Shown piece by piece: positions 1 through 11,379 of a stretch of DNA of 64,000 bases. The position numbers and the translations under genes are program-made. A model generated the notes under the pieces. It did no database searches. It worked only from the letters and a program-made list of their open reading frames with translations, and had not been told where the DNA came from. This DNA comes from an uncultured bacterium (GTDB lineage Bacteria > Planctomycetota > UBA1135 > GCA-002686595). Location: contig CALSNU010000004.1 of assembly GCA_943787795.1 (NCBI GenBank), positions 384,001 to 448,000 on the forward strand. Reading direction: 5' to 3'. Each line of letters begins with the position of its first letter. Position 1 is the stretch's first letter.

Positions 1-2088
1 GTGGCGGCAGGTCAGCACGGAGCCATCGGTGGACGGGAGCACCTCCCAGTTCACGGGGGCCGCGCGGCGGAGTCGGATCAACCGGGCGACCGAGGGGACC
101 CCGTCGCCGTCGATCACGAAGAGCATGTAGGCGCCCGGCGGGGCGACGTTGCCGCTGAGCGGGCTCGTCAGGTCGAGTGAAGCGCCGCTCTGGGTGAACG
201 AGAGCTCGAGGCAGCGCTGGTCGGTGTTGATCCCGTGGGTCGCGCTGCCAAGGCGAACGAGGGTGACCCGCGAGGTGTCGGTCGCGGCCGAGAGCTGGAC
301 CTGGAACGGCTCGTCATACGCCAGCGTCTCCGGCGCGGCGGCAATCTCGGGCCGCGGCGCGAGCTGTCCCGTGGCGGTCGAGAACAGATAGGGCGGCCGG
401 AAGATCTCCGCCGTGAGGGTGCCGACACCCGGACTGGAGACGCCGCCGCCCGTCCAGACGGTGGCGTCGGGTAGGAGGATCGACGTGGAGCGATAGCCCC
501 TGGGCTCGCTGGACGCGGCGCAGAAGGACCACTCGCCGGTCGCGGGGTCCCAGATCTCCGCGACGCGCACGGCGGTCGACGTCGAAACGGGGTTGTGGCG
601 TCGGGACCCTCCGGTGATGAGCACCGTCCCGTCCGCGAGCACGGTGGCGTCGTGGTCCGCCCGCCGGAACATCATCTCCCCCGCGCTCGACACCGAGGGG
701 GTCGGCCCGGTGACGTCGATCACCACCGCCGAGCGAGCCGCGTCAGGAACGCTCGAGAGCCGATCCACACCACCGAGCACCAGGATCCGGTCCGAGCCGA
801 TGCTGGCGGCGGACCCCCAGATTCGCTCCATGGACTCACGCTGCCCCTGGAAGGTCCATGCCCCTCCCCCCTCGGTATCGAAGACCCCGAGGTTCGGATC
901 CCAGCCGGCGACGACGATGTCGCCCTCGGGGCTCAGGTGGGTGAAGGGGAACAGCCCGTCCACGGCGCCGATCCCGGCGTTCAGCCAGGCACCGAGGTCC
1001 GCGCCGGGGAGCCGAGACCAGGCGACGCCGTCAAAGCGCGCGGGGACCGTGTTCACCGAGCCCGCGTCCCCGCCGCCGAGCGCCAGGAAGGAGCCGTCCC
1101 CGAGGGTGAGCCCCGCGGCGCCGTGGCGAGCCTCGCCTGAGGCCGCGAGAGGAATCCAGGTCCCTGTGGAGGAATCGAAGCGGCTGAGCTGATCCGCGCC
1201 AAGCGGCGCCGCCGAGGAGGTGCGCCCCGCGTAGCCGCCGAAGGCGAGGAGTTCGCCGCTTGAGAGCCGCGAGAGCGCAGCACCGTAGAGCTCCTCACTC
1301 GGGTGGTTCGCGGACGTGTGGACCCCGCTGCTCGGGTCATAGAGGTCCACCACGGTCGTATCGTGGGAGTCCGCCGGGGGCAGCGTGCCGGGCCCGCTGC
1401 TGACGGCGCTCGAGAAGGTGAGGAGCTCGCCCGAGTCCAGCAGCGCGGCCTGGATCGGATCGACCGGCCAGGCCTCGGCGGAGAGCCACTCCCCGCGCGT
1501 TGGCCTGAGGGACGACCCGTCACCGGGCTGGAACCGCGGCGCGGAGAGGAAGGCGCCGGCCCAGTTGGCGAGGTCGTTCTGTGACCCGTCCCCGCCATCT
1601 CGAACGACAAGGACCAGCTCACGGACGCCCCGGAGGTTCAACCGGCCGGTGAAGACCGGCGCGTCGGAGCCCGTCAAGAGGCCGGAGCTGTAGAGGACGG
1701 CGCCGTCCCCGAGGACCTCGAAGACCACCGATCCAGCGTTCCCCACGGAGTCATCCACGCCGACCCAGCTGCTGAACGCGAAGGCCCTTCGCCGCAGGTC
1801 AAAGGCAATCGCGCTGGTGGAGTGACAGCCGATGCCAGTCGCGAAGGTTTGACCTCCGATCGTCAGGGTGGCCCCGTCCCCCGGCGCCGCGGCACCGTTG
1901 CTCTCGTCGAGCTCGATGGGCCCGAGTCCATTCTGCGCCCACAGGGAGGGCACAGCCGACAGGGCCTTGCCTGCTCGTGCTGGCGCCCTCCTCGTTTGGC
2001 TCCCGATGTTCGTGGAGCTACTCCCGATCTGAGCCGCGGCCGGCGCCAGGGTGACGGCGCTGAGGAGGAGGAGGGTCAGACTTTGCAT
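1..2088 (-). CDS. Secreted NPCBM + galactose-oxidase-like (kelch propeller/DUF1929) multidomain protein; 3' end runs off the window
   Basis: Manually translated (absent from the ORF track because there is no stop in the window). Signal peptide MQSLTLLLLSAVTLAPAAA; NPCBM motifs (NGLGPIELDESNG, GIGCHS, VGVDD, GSVVFEVLGDG, DLANWA); AA5-like motifs (ATVLADGTVLITGG, AEIWDPATGEW, AEIFRPPYLF, SATHGINTDQR, APPGAYMLFVI). Confidence 0.85.
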   Translation of the reverse strand, partial: MQSLTLLLLSAVTLAPAAAQIGSSSTNIGSQTRRAPARAGKALSAVPSLWAQNGLGPIELDESNGAAAPGDGATLTIGGQTFATGIGCHSTSAIAFDLRRRAFAFSSWVGVDDSVGNAGSVVFEVLGDGAVLYSSGLLTGSDAPVFTGRLNLRGVRELVLVVRDGGDGSQNDLANWAGAFLSAPRFQPGDGSSLRPTRGEWLSAEAWPVDPIQAALLDSGELLTFSSAVSSGPGTLPPADSHDTTVVDLYDPSSGVHTSANHPSEELYGAALSRLSSGELLAFGGYAGRTSSAAPLGADQLSRFDSSTGTWIPLAASGEARHGAAGLTLGDGSFLALGGGDAGSVNTVPARFDGVAWSRLPGADLGAWLNAGIGAVDGLFPFTHLSPEGDIVVAGWDPNLGVFDTEGGGAWTFQGQRESMERIWGSAASIGSDRILVLGGVDRLSSVPDAARSAVVIDVTGPTPSVSSAGEMMFRRADHDATVLADGTVLITGGSRRHNPVSTSTAVRVAEIWDPATGEWSFCAASSEPRGYRSTSILLPDATVWTGGGVSSPGVGTLTAEIFRPPYLFSTATGQLAPRPEIAAAPETLAYDEPFQVQLSAATDTSRVTLVRLGSATHGINTDQRCLELSFTQSGASLDLTSPLSGNVAPPGAYMLFVIDGDGVPSVARLIRLRRAAPVNWEVLPSTDGSVLTCRH

Positions 2089-2265
2089 GGGTGGACGCCG
2101 CGGTCGGGCCCGCAGCTCGCCAGAGGCCGCGTCCCGATCAGAGACCCAGCGCCGGCGAGCGGCCAGCGGGGGCGCTGAGAGGGCCAAGGGGCAATCTCTG
2201 GACGCCCATAACGGCCTCGCGGTTCCTGAAAGATACCCCGCTCCCGCTGGCGGGGCACCACCCGG

Positions 2266-3633
2266 TCATTCCACGCCGTTCGCCTCGGCGAAGGCGCGCA
2301 TCTCGGGTTCCCCGATGAGCCGCTTGTAGCGGTAGGGCTGCGACGCGGGGTTCTTCCGCTTGTACCCCTTCAGGAGCTCCGGCGAGAACTCGCTGATCGC
2401 CAGCAAGCGCCCCACCGCGTCGGTCCGGAGCGCCTCGGTCTGGCAGCAGACGATGATCCGAACCATGTCATCGATCGCCTCCGAGGGGTCGTACTTCTTG
2501 GGGTACGTCACCCGGTCGTAGACCACGGCCGCGTCCGCGAGCTTCTCTTCGTAGAACTCCTTCTCGGCCGTGACCAGCTCCTGACGCAGCTGCTCGGCTC
2601 CCGTCGCGTCCGGGCCGGCCGCCGATGCGGCGAATCGGTCAATGGCCCCGAAGCCGCCGCGGAAGTCCTTGGGCTCCGCTGCGGTCAGTCCCCAGACCTC
2701 CCACCGTACGTCCTCCAGGGTCTCAGCGCTCTCCAGCTCGGCGACGGGTCCAATCCGGTCCATCAGGCGCCGGACGCGATCCACGTCCGGGTGGGTCGGG
2801 AACTCCTCGACGAACCACTTCGCTCGCTTCATGAATACCCGTGCGTGGGGGCGCTCCCCCTTGGGGTTCCATCGGCTCTCCGAGTAGTTGATCAGCCTCG
2901 CGTCCTTCCAGGGGTTGATGCCGGTGTTGCGGACGGAGTCGTCCAGCCCCTCCATCAGCTCATCCTTGACGATCTCGGCCTGCTCGACCATGCGCCGCTG
3001 CTCCGGCGTCAGCTGCTCGGCGGCGAGCTGCGTCAGGGTCGCTCGTGCACCGACGGGGTCGTCCTGCCGCTCGCGCTGATAGCGATTCCACTCGACGTTG
3101 AAGTCGAAGTTCTCCCCCTCCAGCCCCTTGTTGGTCTCGCTCATCAGCATGTAGACCACGACCACCAGGGCCAAGACCACGGCGGCAAGCACCACACCGG
3201 TAGGAATCGCCGGCCCCTTGGATTGTTGGCGACGGCTCGAGGAGACACGTCCCCCGCCCGACCGGCCCCTCGTTCGAGCCGACGAGCCCCCGCCTGAGGC
3301 GGCGGTACCCGACGCGGCGCTCCGCGGCTTCGCGGGCCCCTCGCCCTCGTCGTACTCGATGGTGAGCTTCGCGCCTCCGATGGAGACCGCCTGGCCGTCC
3401 TTCATGAGGTACGAGCCCGAGACCTGAGCGCCGGCCGCCTTGGCCGGCATGACCCCCTTGGCCATTCGAAGGGTAGCGCCCTCGGGGCCCATCTCGATGA
3501 CGCCGTGTCGCTCCGCCACGTCCTCTGAGCTGAGCTTGAGAGTCGCGCCCTCGCCGCTCCCGAAGGTGAGCTTGCCGGAAGAGAGCTTGAACCTGCGGAC
3601 CTCGCCGCCTTCATCGAGTGTGAGTCTCGCCAT
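2266..3633 (-). CDS. Membrane-anchored protein with N-terminal FHA-like domain, one TM helix and a helical C-terminal domain
   Basis: 455-aa ORF. FHA-like pattern LTFGS...SEDVAERHGVI...LMKDGQAVSIGGAKL, Gly/Ser/Arg linker, hydrophobic GVVLAAVVLALVVVVYML. Confidence 0.7.
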   Translation of the reverse strand: MARLTLDEGGEVRRFKLSSGKLTFGSGEGATLKLSSEDVAERHGVIEMGPEGATLRMAKGVMPAKAAGAQVSGSYLMKDGQAVSIGGAKLTIEYDEGEGPAKPRSAASGTAASGGGSSARTRGRSGGGRVSSSRRQQSKGPAIPTGVVLAAVVLALVVVVYMLMSETNKGLEGENFDFNVEWNRYQRERQDDPVGARATLTQLAAEQLTPEQRRMVEQAEIVKDELMEGLDDSVRNTGINPWKDARLINYSESRWNPKGERPHARVFMKRAKWFVEEFPTHPDVDRVRRLMDRIGPVAELESAETLEDVRWEVWGLTAAEPKDFRGGFGAIDRFAASAAGPDATGAEQLRQELVTAEKEFYEEKLADAAVVYDRVTYPKKYDPSEAIDDMVRIIVCCQTEALRTDAVGRLLAISEFSPELLKGYKRKNPASQPYRYKRLIGEPEMRAFAEANGVE

Positions 3634-3746
3634 GGCCCTATTGGAGCCGGGACGAGAACTCCCTGTCGAGAGGCAATCGGACCTAGCCAGGATCCCGCGC
3701 CGCGCTCGCCCCCGGTCGGGCCTTCCCGGAATCCGCGCCCCCGGGC

Positions 3747-4684
3747 TCAGACCGCCGCGATTCGAGGCGACAGGTCCTCGGGCCGGATCACCCCGCCGGA
3801 GAGCGCCACCGCGCGGCGCAGCTCGTTCTCAAGCTCACGGACATTCCCGGGCCAGGACCAACCAGCCAGGGCGGCGAGGGCCTCCTCGCTGATGGAGGCC
3901 TCCCGGCCGACCTCTTCGGCGATCCCCGGGAGGATGGCCCGGGCGATGGCACGCACGTCGTCCCCGCGGTCCCGCAGGGGCGGGAGGTGGAGGGTGACGA
4001 CGTTCAACCGAAACATCAGGTCCTCCCTGAAGTCGCCGCTGGCCACGGCGGAGGGGAGGTCCCGGTGGGTCGCCGCCAGGATCCTCACGTCCACCTTCTT
4101 GGTCGTGTTGGCGCCAACGGCGCGGACCTCGCCGTCCTGCAGGACTCGCAAGAGCTTGGCCTGCATGGGGAGGGGCATGTCCCCGATCTCATCCAGGAAG
4201 ACCGTCCCCCCGTCCGCCACCACGAAGTGCCCGGGGCGATCCGCCACGGCCCCCGTGAACGCACCCTTCTTGTGGCCGAAGAGCTCGCTCTCCAGCAGGT
4301 TCTCGGAGATGGCGGCGCAGTTCTCCGCGAGGAAGGGCCCCGCCTTGCGGGGGCTCGCGTCGTGGAGAGCCCGGGCGACGAGCTCCTTCCCCGTTCCCGT
4401 TTCGCCCTGGATCAGGACCGGCACGCCAGAGGCCGCGACCCGATCGATCATCGCAAACAGCTCGAGCATGGGCGGGCTCGACCCGATCATGCCGAAGCGG
4501 CCGCCCGGCTCCGGAGCAGGCGGCGCGGTCGACGCGCACGAGGCCTCGGCGGCATCCAGGACCCGCCGTGCGTGAGCTGCCAGAGGCGCCACGACGCCCC
4601 GCTCCTGCGCCTGCACGAGGACACGGTCGAACGCCTCCTGCACCTCTAAGGGCAGGGGCTGCGCCCCCCCGGCATCCTCGGCGC

Positions 4685-4688
<4 letters not shown>
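3747..4688 (-). CDS. Sigma54-dependent enhancer-binding AAA+ protein lacking a C-terminal HTH
   Basis: Walker A GETGTGKE, ESELFGH, GAFTGA, Walker B FLDEIGD, FREDL, WPGNVRELEN. Start placed at MSAEDAGG (ATGA overlap with the uvrD stop). Confidence 0.9.
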
Positions 4689-6901
<2,213 letters not shown>

Positions 6902-6950
6902 CGCGGCGGCGAGTCTACCCGCCGCGCGCTCCCTGGCCACGCGCCGCCCG

Positions 6951-8375
6951 TCAGCTTCGGTCTGGATCGCGGATGACCATGAGGCGTAGCTCGGTCATCT
7001 CCTCCACCGCGCTCGCCGGCCCCTCACGACCGAGGCCCGAGTCCTTGACCCCGCCGTAGGGCATCACATCCGCCCGCCAGGAGGGGACATCTCCGACGAT
7101 GACGGCCCCCACCTCGAGCTCGTCCCAGGCCCGGTGAGCCCGGTGGAGGTCCCGGGTGAAGACCCCTGCCTGAAGGCCAAACCGGGTCCTGTTGGCCTCC
7201 ACGAGCGCCCGGTCAAAGTCGCTCGCGCGGACGAGGCAGACGACCGGACCGAAGACCTCCTCGTCCAGCACTGGCTCCCCGGCAGGGACGCCCTCGAGGA
7301 GCGTCGCGGGCATCACGGAGCCCTCTCGTTCCCCGCCCCACAACTTCGTTGCGCCGGACTGGCACGCACCCCGGACCCACTGCTCCACACGCGCCGCGTC
7401 ACCCTCCGAGATCAGCGGGCCCACGCTCACCCCTTCCTGAGATGGGTCCCCGTGAACGACCTTGGAGACCTCCTCGATGAGGAGCGCCCGGAAGGCCGCG
7501 TAGACCTCATCGACGACGATGACCCGCTGCACGCTGATGCAGCTCTGGCCCGCCTGGTAGTAGCCGCCGAATGCGACCCGCCGCGCGGCGTCCGCCAGGT
7601 CCGCGGTCTCATCAACGATGGCCGCTGCGTTCCCCCCGAGCTCGAGCGTGACGCGCTTCTTTCCGGCCCTCCGCCTGAGCATCCACCCCACCTCGTCGGA
7701 GCCGGTGAAGGAGAGCTTCGCGACCCGATCGTCGGTGGCGAGGGCTTCCGCGTCAGCGCCCCTGGCAGGCAGAACCGAGAAGGCACCCTCCGGCAGCCCA
7801 CTCTCCGCGAGCAGCTCACCCAGGATCAACGCGCTGATGGGCGTGCTGCTCGCAGGCTTGAGGACGAAGGGGCAGCCCGCAGCGATGGCCGGCGCGACCT
7901 TGTGCACCACGAGATTGAGCGGGAAGTTGAACGGCGTGATGAACCCGCAGACCCCGACCGGGACCCGCATCTGGCTCCCCCGATATCCGGTGTTCGCGGG
8001 GCTGGAGGAGAGTGGCAGGAGCCCGCCCGGTGAGTCCATGGCCACCCGCGCCGAGATCCGGATCGTCTCCAGCGCCCGGTCGACCTCCCCCGCGGCGAAC
8101 TGGCGTGGTTTCCCTGCCTCCCGAACCAGGATGTCCGTGAGCTCGTCGCGCCGCGCCAGCACCCCTGCTGCCAATCGCTCCAGCACCGCCGCCCGCTCAT
8201 GACCCGCCATGCGGCGCATGGCCTCCCGGCAACGGCTGGCTGCCGCGATCCCATCGCGGACCGTCTCCGGGGATGCCAGGGCCACCTCTTCGAAGGCCTC
8301 TCCCGTGAACTTGTCCGAGACCGTCAGCCGCTCTGCCGAGGAACAGGCCTTGCTCGCGAGGTAGAAGGGTCTCAT
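6951..8375 (-). CDS. Aldehyde dehydrogenase family protein
   Basis: ITPFNFP, LKPASSTP, FTGS, LELGGN, AGQSCIS (catalytic Cys), EEVFGP, PYGGVKDSGLGREG. Start chosen at MRPFYLA. Confidence 0.92.
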   Translation of the reverse strand: MRPFYLASKACSSAERLTVSDKFTGEAFEEVALASPETVRDGIAAASRCREAMRRMAGHERAAVLERLAAGVLARRDELTDILVREAGKPRQFAAGEVDRALETIRISARVAMDSPGGLLPLSSSPANTGYRGSQMRVPVGVCGFITPFNFPLNLVVHKVAPAIAAGCPFVLKPASSTPISALILGELLAESGLPEGAFSVLPARGADAEALATDDRVAKLSFTGSDEVGWMLRRRAGKKRVTLELGGNAAAIVDETADLADAARRVAFGGYYQAGQSCISVQRVIVVDEVYAAFRALLIEEVSKVVHGDPSQEGVSVGPLISEGDAARVEQWVRGACQSGATKLWGGEREGSVMPATLLEGVPAGEPVLDEEVFGPVVCLVRASDFDRALVEANRTRFGLQAGVFTRDLHRAHRAWDELEVGAVIVGDVPSWRADVMPYGGVKDSGLGREGPASAVEEMTELRLMVIRDPDRS

Positions 8376-8539
8376 GGGGCGCGCGCCGGCGGGCGCGGGG
8401 TCCCCCATGATAGGGACCCCAACAGCAGGGACCCGGGACACACAGCTTCTCCCTGCGGCGGACCGTTCTGCGGGCCTCATCGCCCCGGTGGGGATGCTCC
8501 GGCCGGAAAGTTCCGGTCGAGACGTCCCGCGACCCGAAT

Positions 8540-8580
8540 AAAAAAAGGACTCCTCGGTCGGCAAGAGCCGATCGAGGAGT
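8540..8580 (-). terminator. Intrinsic terminator-like hairpin with a U7 tract
   Basis: 14-bp stem (8549-8562 with 8567-8580, one mismatch) and a 4-nt loop, followed on the minus strand by CC-TTTTTTT. Confidence 0.7.
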
Positions 8581-8706
8581 GAGGCCCGGCGTCATGTGAA
8601 CGGATCGCCTGCCAAGAAAAACCCGAGGCGCCGTGCCTATTCGATGGATGGAGGGCAGTTGCGCCGCTCCCTGCGGGGACTATCGGTAATTTGCCACCCG
8701 CACTCA
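8540..8706 (-). ncRNA. Candidate small RNA or structured leader, family unassigned
   Basis: TGcTAGTAT extended -10 at 8713-8721 (minus strand), three successive stem-loops, then the terminator. No convincing minus-strand CDS. Confidence 0.4.
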
Positions 8707-9852
8707 ACTCCAATACTAGCAATTATCCCACGGGTCTCCTCCCCATCCACCATCCCAAGCCTGCGGGAGGAGAGGCCATCCAGACCAGGGGAGCAGCCCA
8801 GGCCCTTCTTGGGGCCCTTTTTGGGCCCTCCCCGGGGCCCGAACTGGGGCGCTCCCGAGGCCACCGCCGGCCAAAGGGAGGGGCTAGGCTTGAGCGACAT
8901 GACCTCCGCGCGGCCGCTCAACAGGGACCTCCTTCGCCGGATCCGAGTGATGCCCGAGCACCAGACCGGTGCCCTGTTGGACCTCGCCCGGCGCTGCACC
9001 GCCCCGGCATCTGAAGAGACTCAAGCCCCCCTCATGCTCATCCAGATTGGAGGGGTGGAGGTGGAAGGGACCATCAAGGGCGGGCCTCTGCCCCTTCGCC
9101 GCTGCCTGCAGCTCGGCCTCCGGCGCTGGGTCCTGGGTGCCCCCGCCCCGTGCGAGGCCGAGGCCAATCATCTCACCTGGCTGAGAAAGCGGCTCTTCCG
9201 CGCCGCCGACCCCCTGGGGTCGGTCACCCTCCATCATCTCGGGTTCCCCTCACGCGAACTCTTGGTCACCCGCGCCGTCCACGGGGCGCTTCCCCTCCGC
9301 GAAGCCAGCGCAGCCGCGGACTCCAGCCGCCGGGCCCAGCTCTTCGCCGAGTTCGGGAGAGAGGTCGGGCGCATGCACGCGCTTCGATTCCTGCATGCCG
9401 AACTGCACCCAGGGAACGTCCTCGCCACCGAGCCGTGCGACGAACCGGGGCCGGGGTTTGGCCGGTCGCTGATCTGGCTTGGGAGCGCCAAGGGGGGCCC
9501 CACCGCCTGGCGCCGTGGCAACCTGGATCGGCTGGAGGATGACCTGGGCGCCTGGTTCAGCCTCGCTGCGGACTGGATGCAGGGAGAGGACACGGAAGCC
9601 CTGCTGCTCGCCTACGCCGCCTCCCGGCTGGCGAACGGCCGCCCAGTCTCCGGGCTCCCCTCGCTCGTGAGCTCGATCCAGCGCTCTCGCCGCCGGGAGC
9701 TGGCTCGATTCGAGCGCTCCCCGCGCCTCCTCGGCGGCGCGGAGTTCCCCGTCGCCGGATGGGATCCCGATGTGGGCCGGCTTCAGAGGCTCTGGGACCT
9801 CGGAGCCCACTGGGCGCTCCGACCCGTTGTTTCAGGGCCAGATCTGGTCTAG
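8596..9852 (+). CDS. Kdo/WaaP lipopolysaccharide-kinase-like protein with degenerate catalytic motifs; true start probably downstream (e.g. ATG 8899)
   Basis: LLVTRAVHGA, FGREVGRMHALRFLHAELHPGNVL, LIWLGSA, DDLGAW match the Kdo/WaaP kinase layout. Confidence 0.6.
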   Translation: MNGSPAKKNPRRRAYSMDGGQLRRSLRGLSVICHPHSTPILAIIPRVSSPSTIPSLREERPSRPGEQPRPFLGPFLGPPRGPNWGAPEATAGQREGLGLSDMTSARPLNRDLLRRIRVMPEHQTGALLDLARRCTAPASEETQAPLMLIQIGGVEVEGTIKGGPLPLRRCLQLGLRRWVLGAPAPCEAEANHLTWLRKRLFRAADPLGSVTLHHLGFPSRELLVTRAVHGALPLREASAAADSSRRAQLFAEFGREVGRMHALRFLHAELHPGNVLATEPCDEPGPGFGRSLIWLGSAKGGPTAWRRGNLDRLEDDLGAWFSLAADWMQGEDTEALLLAYAASRLANGRPVSGLPSLVSSIQRSRRRELARFERSPRLLGGAEFPVAGWDPDVGRLQRLWDLGAHWALRPVVSGPDLV

Positions 9853-9872
9853 TAGAGTCGAAGGAGAAGACC

Positions 9873-10118
9873 ATGCCGATCTACGACTTCGACTGCGCCA
9901 GCTGCGGACACACCTTCGAGGAGCTCATCCTCGGCGGCGAAGCCCCCGAGTGCCCCAAGTGCTCCAGCACCAAGGCCGAGAAGCGGATCTCGTCGTTCAG
10001 CATCGGCACGCCCGCGTATCTCCGCGGGAGCGTCCCCATGCCCGAGAGCCCGGCGAGCGGCTTCGCCGCGGGATCCTGTGACGATGCCGGCGGTCCTGGC
10101 ACCTGCTCCTCCCACTAG
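9873..10118 (+). CDS. FmdB-family zinc-ribbon protein
   Basis: MPIYDFDCASCGHTFE...CPKCSS...KRIS; AAGGAG ribosome-binding site upstream. Confidence 0.9.
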   Translation: MPIYDFDCASCGHTFEELILGGEAPECPKCSSTKAEKRISSFSIGTPAYLRGSVPMPESPASGFAAGSCDDAGGPGTCSSH

Positions 10119-11355
10119 TCGACTGGCGATCGCTGCCGCGGTATCGCTCGTGCTCTGCGCTGGCTGCGGCGAGCGAGAGCATGGGACGGAGAGCGGCCCG
10201 GCAGAATCCGCCGGCGCCTCCCAGATCGACGAGCTCGCGGCGCTCGGGTACTCCGGCTGGGATGAGGCGCCAGAACCCTCGCCCCCACCCGGCTCCTCGC
10301 CTGGCTCCCCGCTTGGCCCCCCGGCTGGCCCCCCGGCTGGCCCCTCGGCCCCGACCGGCCAAGGAACCGGGGCGTCTACGTGGCCGAGAGCCTTCGCCGA
10401 CGACCGCAGCGGCGTGACGGTGGTCTCCGTCGGTGGTGAGACCCTGCGTGAGATCAACGTCCCTGGGCGTGGTCAGGTGGAGTTCGCGCGCTTCCTGCCA
10501 GGGGGCCGAATCGCATGCGTGTCAGTGGACGAGGGGCTCACCCTGCTGGACGTCGACGGCTCCGTGCTGTGGGCGGTAGACCTCCCCTGTCACCATGAGG
10601 TCGCGCTGGTCCCCGAGGGTCGGGAGGAGGGGAGCCGGCGGCTCGCGGTCGCCGTCCATCACGAGGTCACGCACCGCGGACGCCGCGTGCGCTTCGACGA
10701 GGTGGTCTTCCTGGAGGAGTCCTCCGGCGCTCCGGCGACGGACCTCAAGACCTGGAACACCTGGGAACACATGGACGCGCTCAGGGAGCGGTCGGTAGCC
10801 GAGCACCCGCTGGATGGGTTCGCCCCGAACCCGGGCGCCGACCCGACGGTCTACGACTACTTCCACCTCAACTCGATCGCCTTCGGCGGACCGCGCTCCA
10901 TGCTGGTCTGCCTCCGGAACGTCAACCTCGTGGTGGAGGTCGACCTCCCGAGCGGCGACCTCGGCCGGTCCTTCGGTCCCGGCACCCTGGACTGGCCCCA
11001 CGCGCCGACCCCCGTGGCCGGTGGCGAGCGGTGGCTGATCTTCGACAACGGCAAGCACCGGGGATGGTCTCGGGTCATCGAGGTTGATCCCGACCGCGGC
11101 GAGGTGACGTGGACCTACCCCCCCGGCAATGCACGCAGCCTCTTCAGCGAGGTTCGAGGGTTCGCCCAGCGCCTCCCCGGCGGGACCACCTTGATCACCG
11201 AGTCGGAGCGGGGCCGCGCGCTGGAGGTCAACCGCGCCGGGGACCTCCTCTGGGAGTTCTGGAACCCCGAGGTTCGCCGGGCCGGAGACGGCCGCGAGGC
11301 GAGGCGCCGGATCTACCGCATGACCGCTGTCCCGCCCTCGGACGTGGGCCTCTAG
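10084..11355 (+). CDS. Arylsulfotransferase (ASST)-like beta-propeller lipoprotein
   Basis: Lipobox-like LCAGC; HHEV, DYFHLNSI, WPHAP, LIFDNG, SRVIEVDP, AQRLPGGTTLITES, LLWEFWNP. Start uncertain. Confidence 0.75.
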   Translation: MPAVLAPAPPTSRLAIAAAVSLVLCAGCGEREHGTESGPAESAGASQIDELAALGYSGWDEAPEPSPPPGSSPGSPLGPPAGPPAGPSAPTGQGTGASTWPRAFADDRSGVTVVSVGGETLREINVPGRGQVEFARFLPGGRIACVSVDEGLTLLDVDGSVLWAVDLPCHHEVALVPEGREEGSRRLAVAVHHEVTHRGRRVRFDEVVFLEESSGAPATDLKTWNTWEHMDALRERSVAEHPLDGFAPNPGADPTVYDYFHLNSIAFGGPRSMLVCLRNVNLVVEVDLPSGDLGRSFGPGTLDWPHAPTPVAGGERWLIFDNGKHRGWSRVIEVDPDRGEVTWTYPPGNARSLFSEVRGFAQRLPGGTTLITESERGRALEVNRAGDLLWEFWNPEVRRAGDGREARRRIYRMTAVPPSDVGL

Positions 11356-11363
11356 GGCCAAGT

Positions 11364-11372
11364 TGTTAGCCT
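11364..11372 (+). promoter_or_regulatory. Extended -10 element (TGtTAGCCT) 7 nt before the pyrE ATG; leaderless-type promoter
   Basis: TGnTANNNT directly upstream of the start codon, no Shine-Dalgarno. Confidence 0.55.
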
Positions 11373-11379
11373 CCGCGTC

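Noticed and set aside
3673..3689. Sigma54 promoter-like TGGC...TTGC (minus strand) downstream of the activator gene
   Set aside because: The GG-to-GC spacing is 12 nt; sigma54 requires 10.
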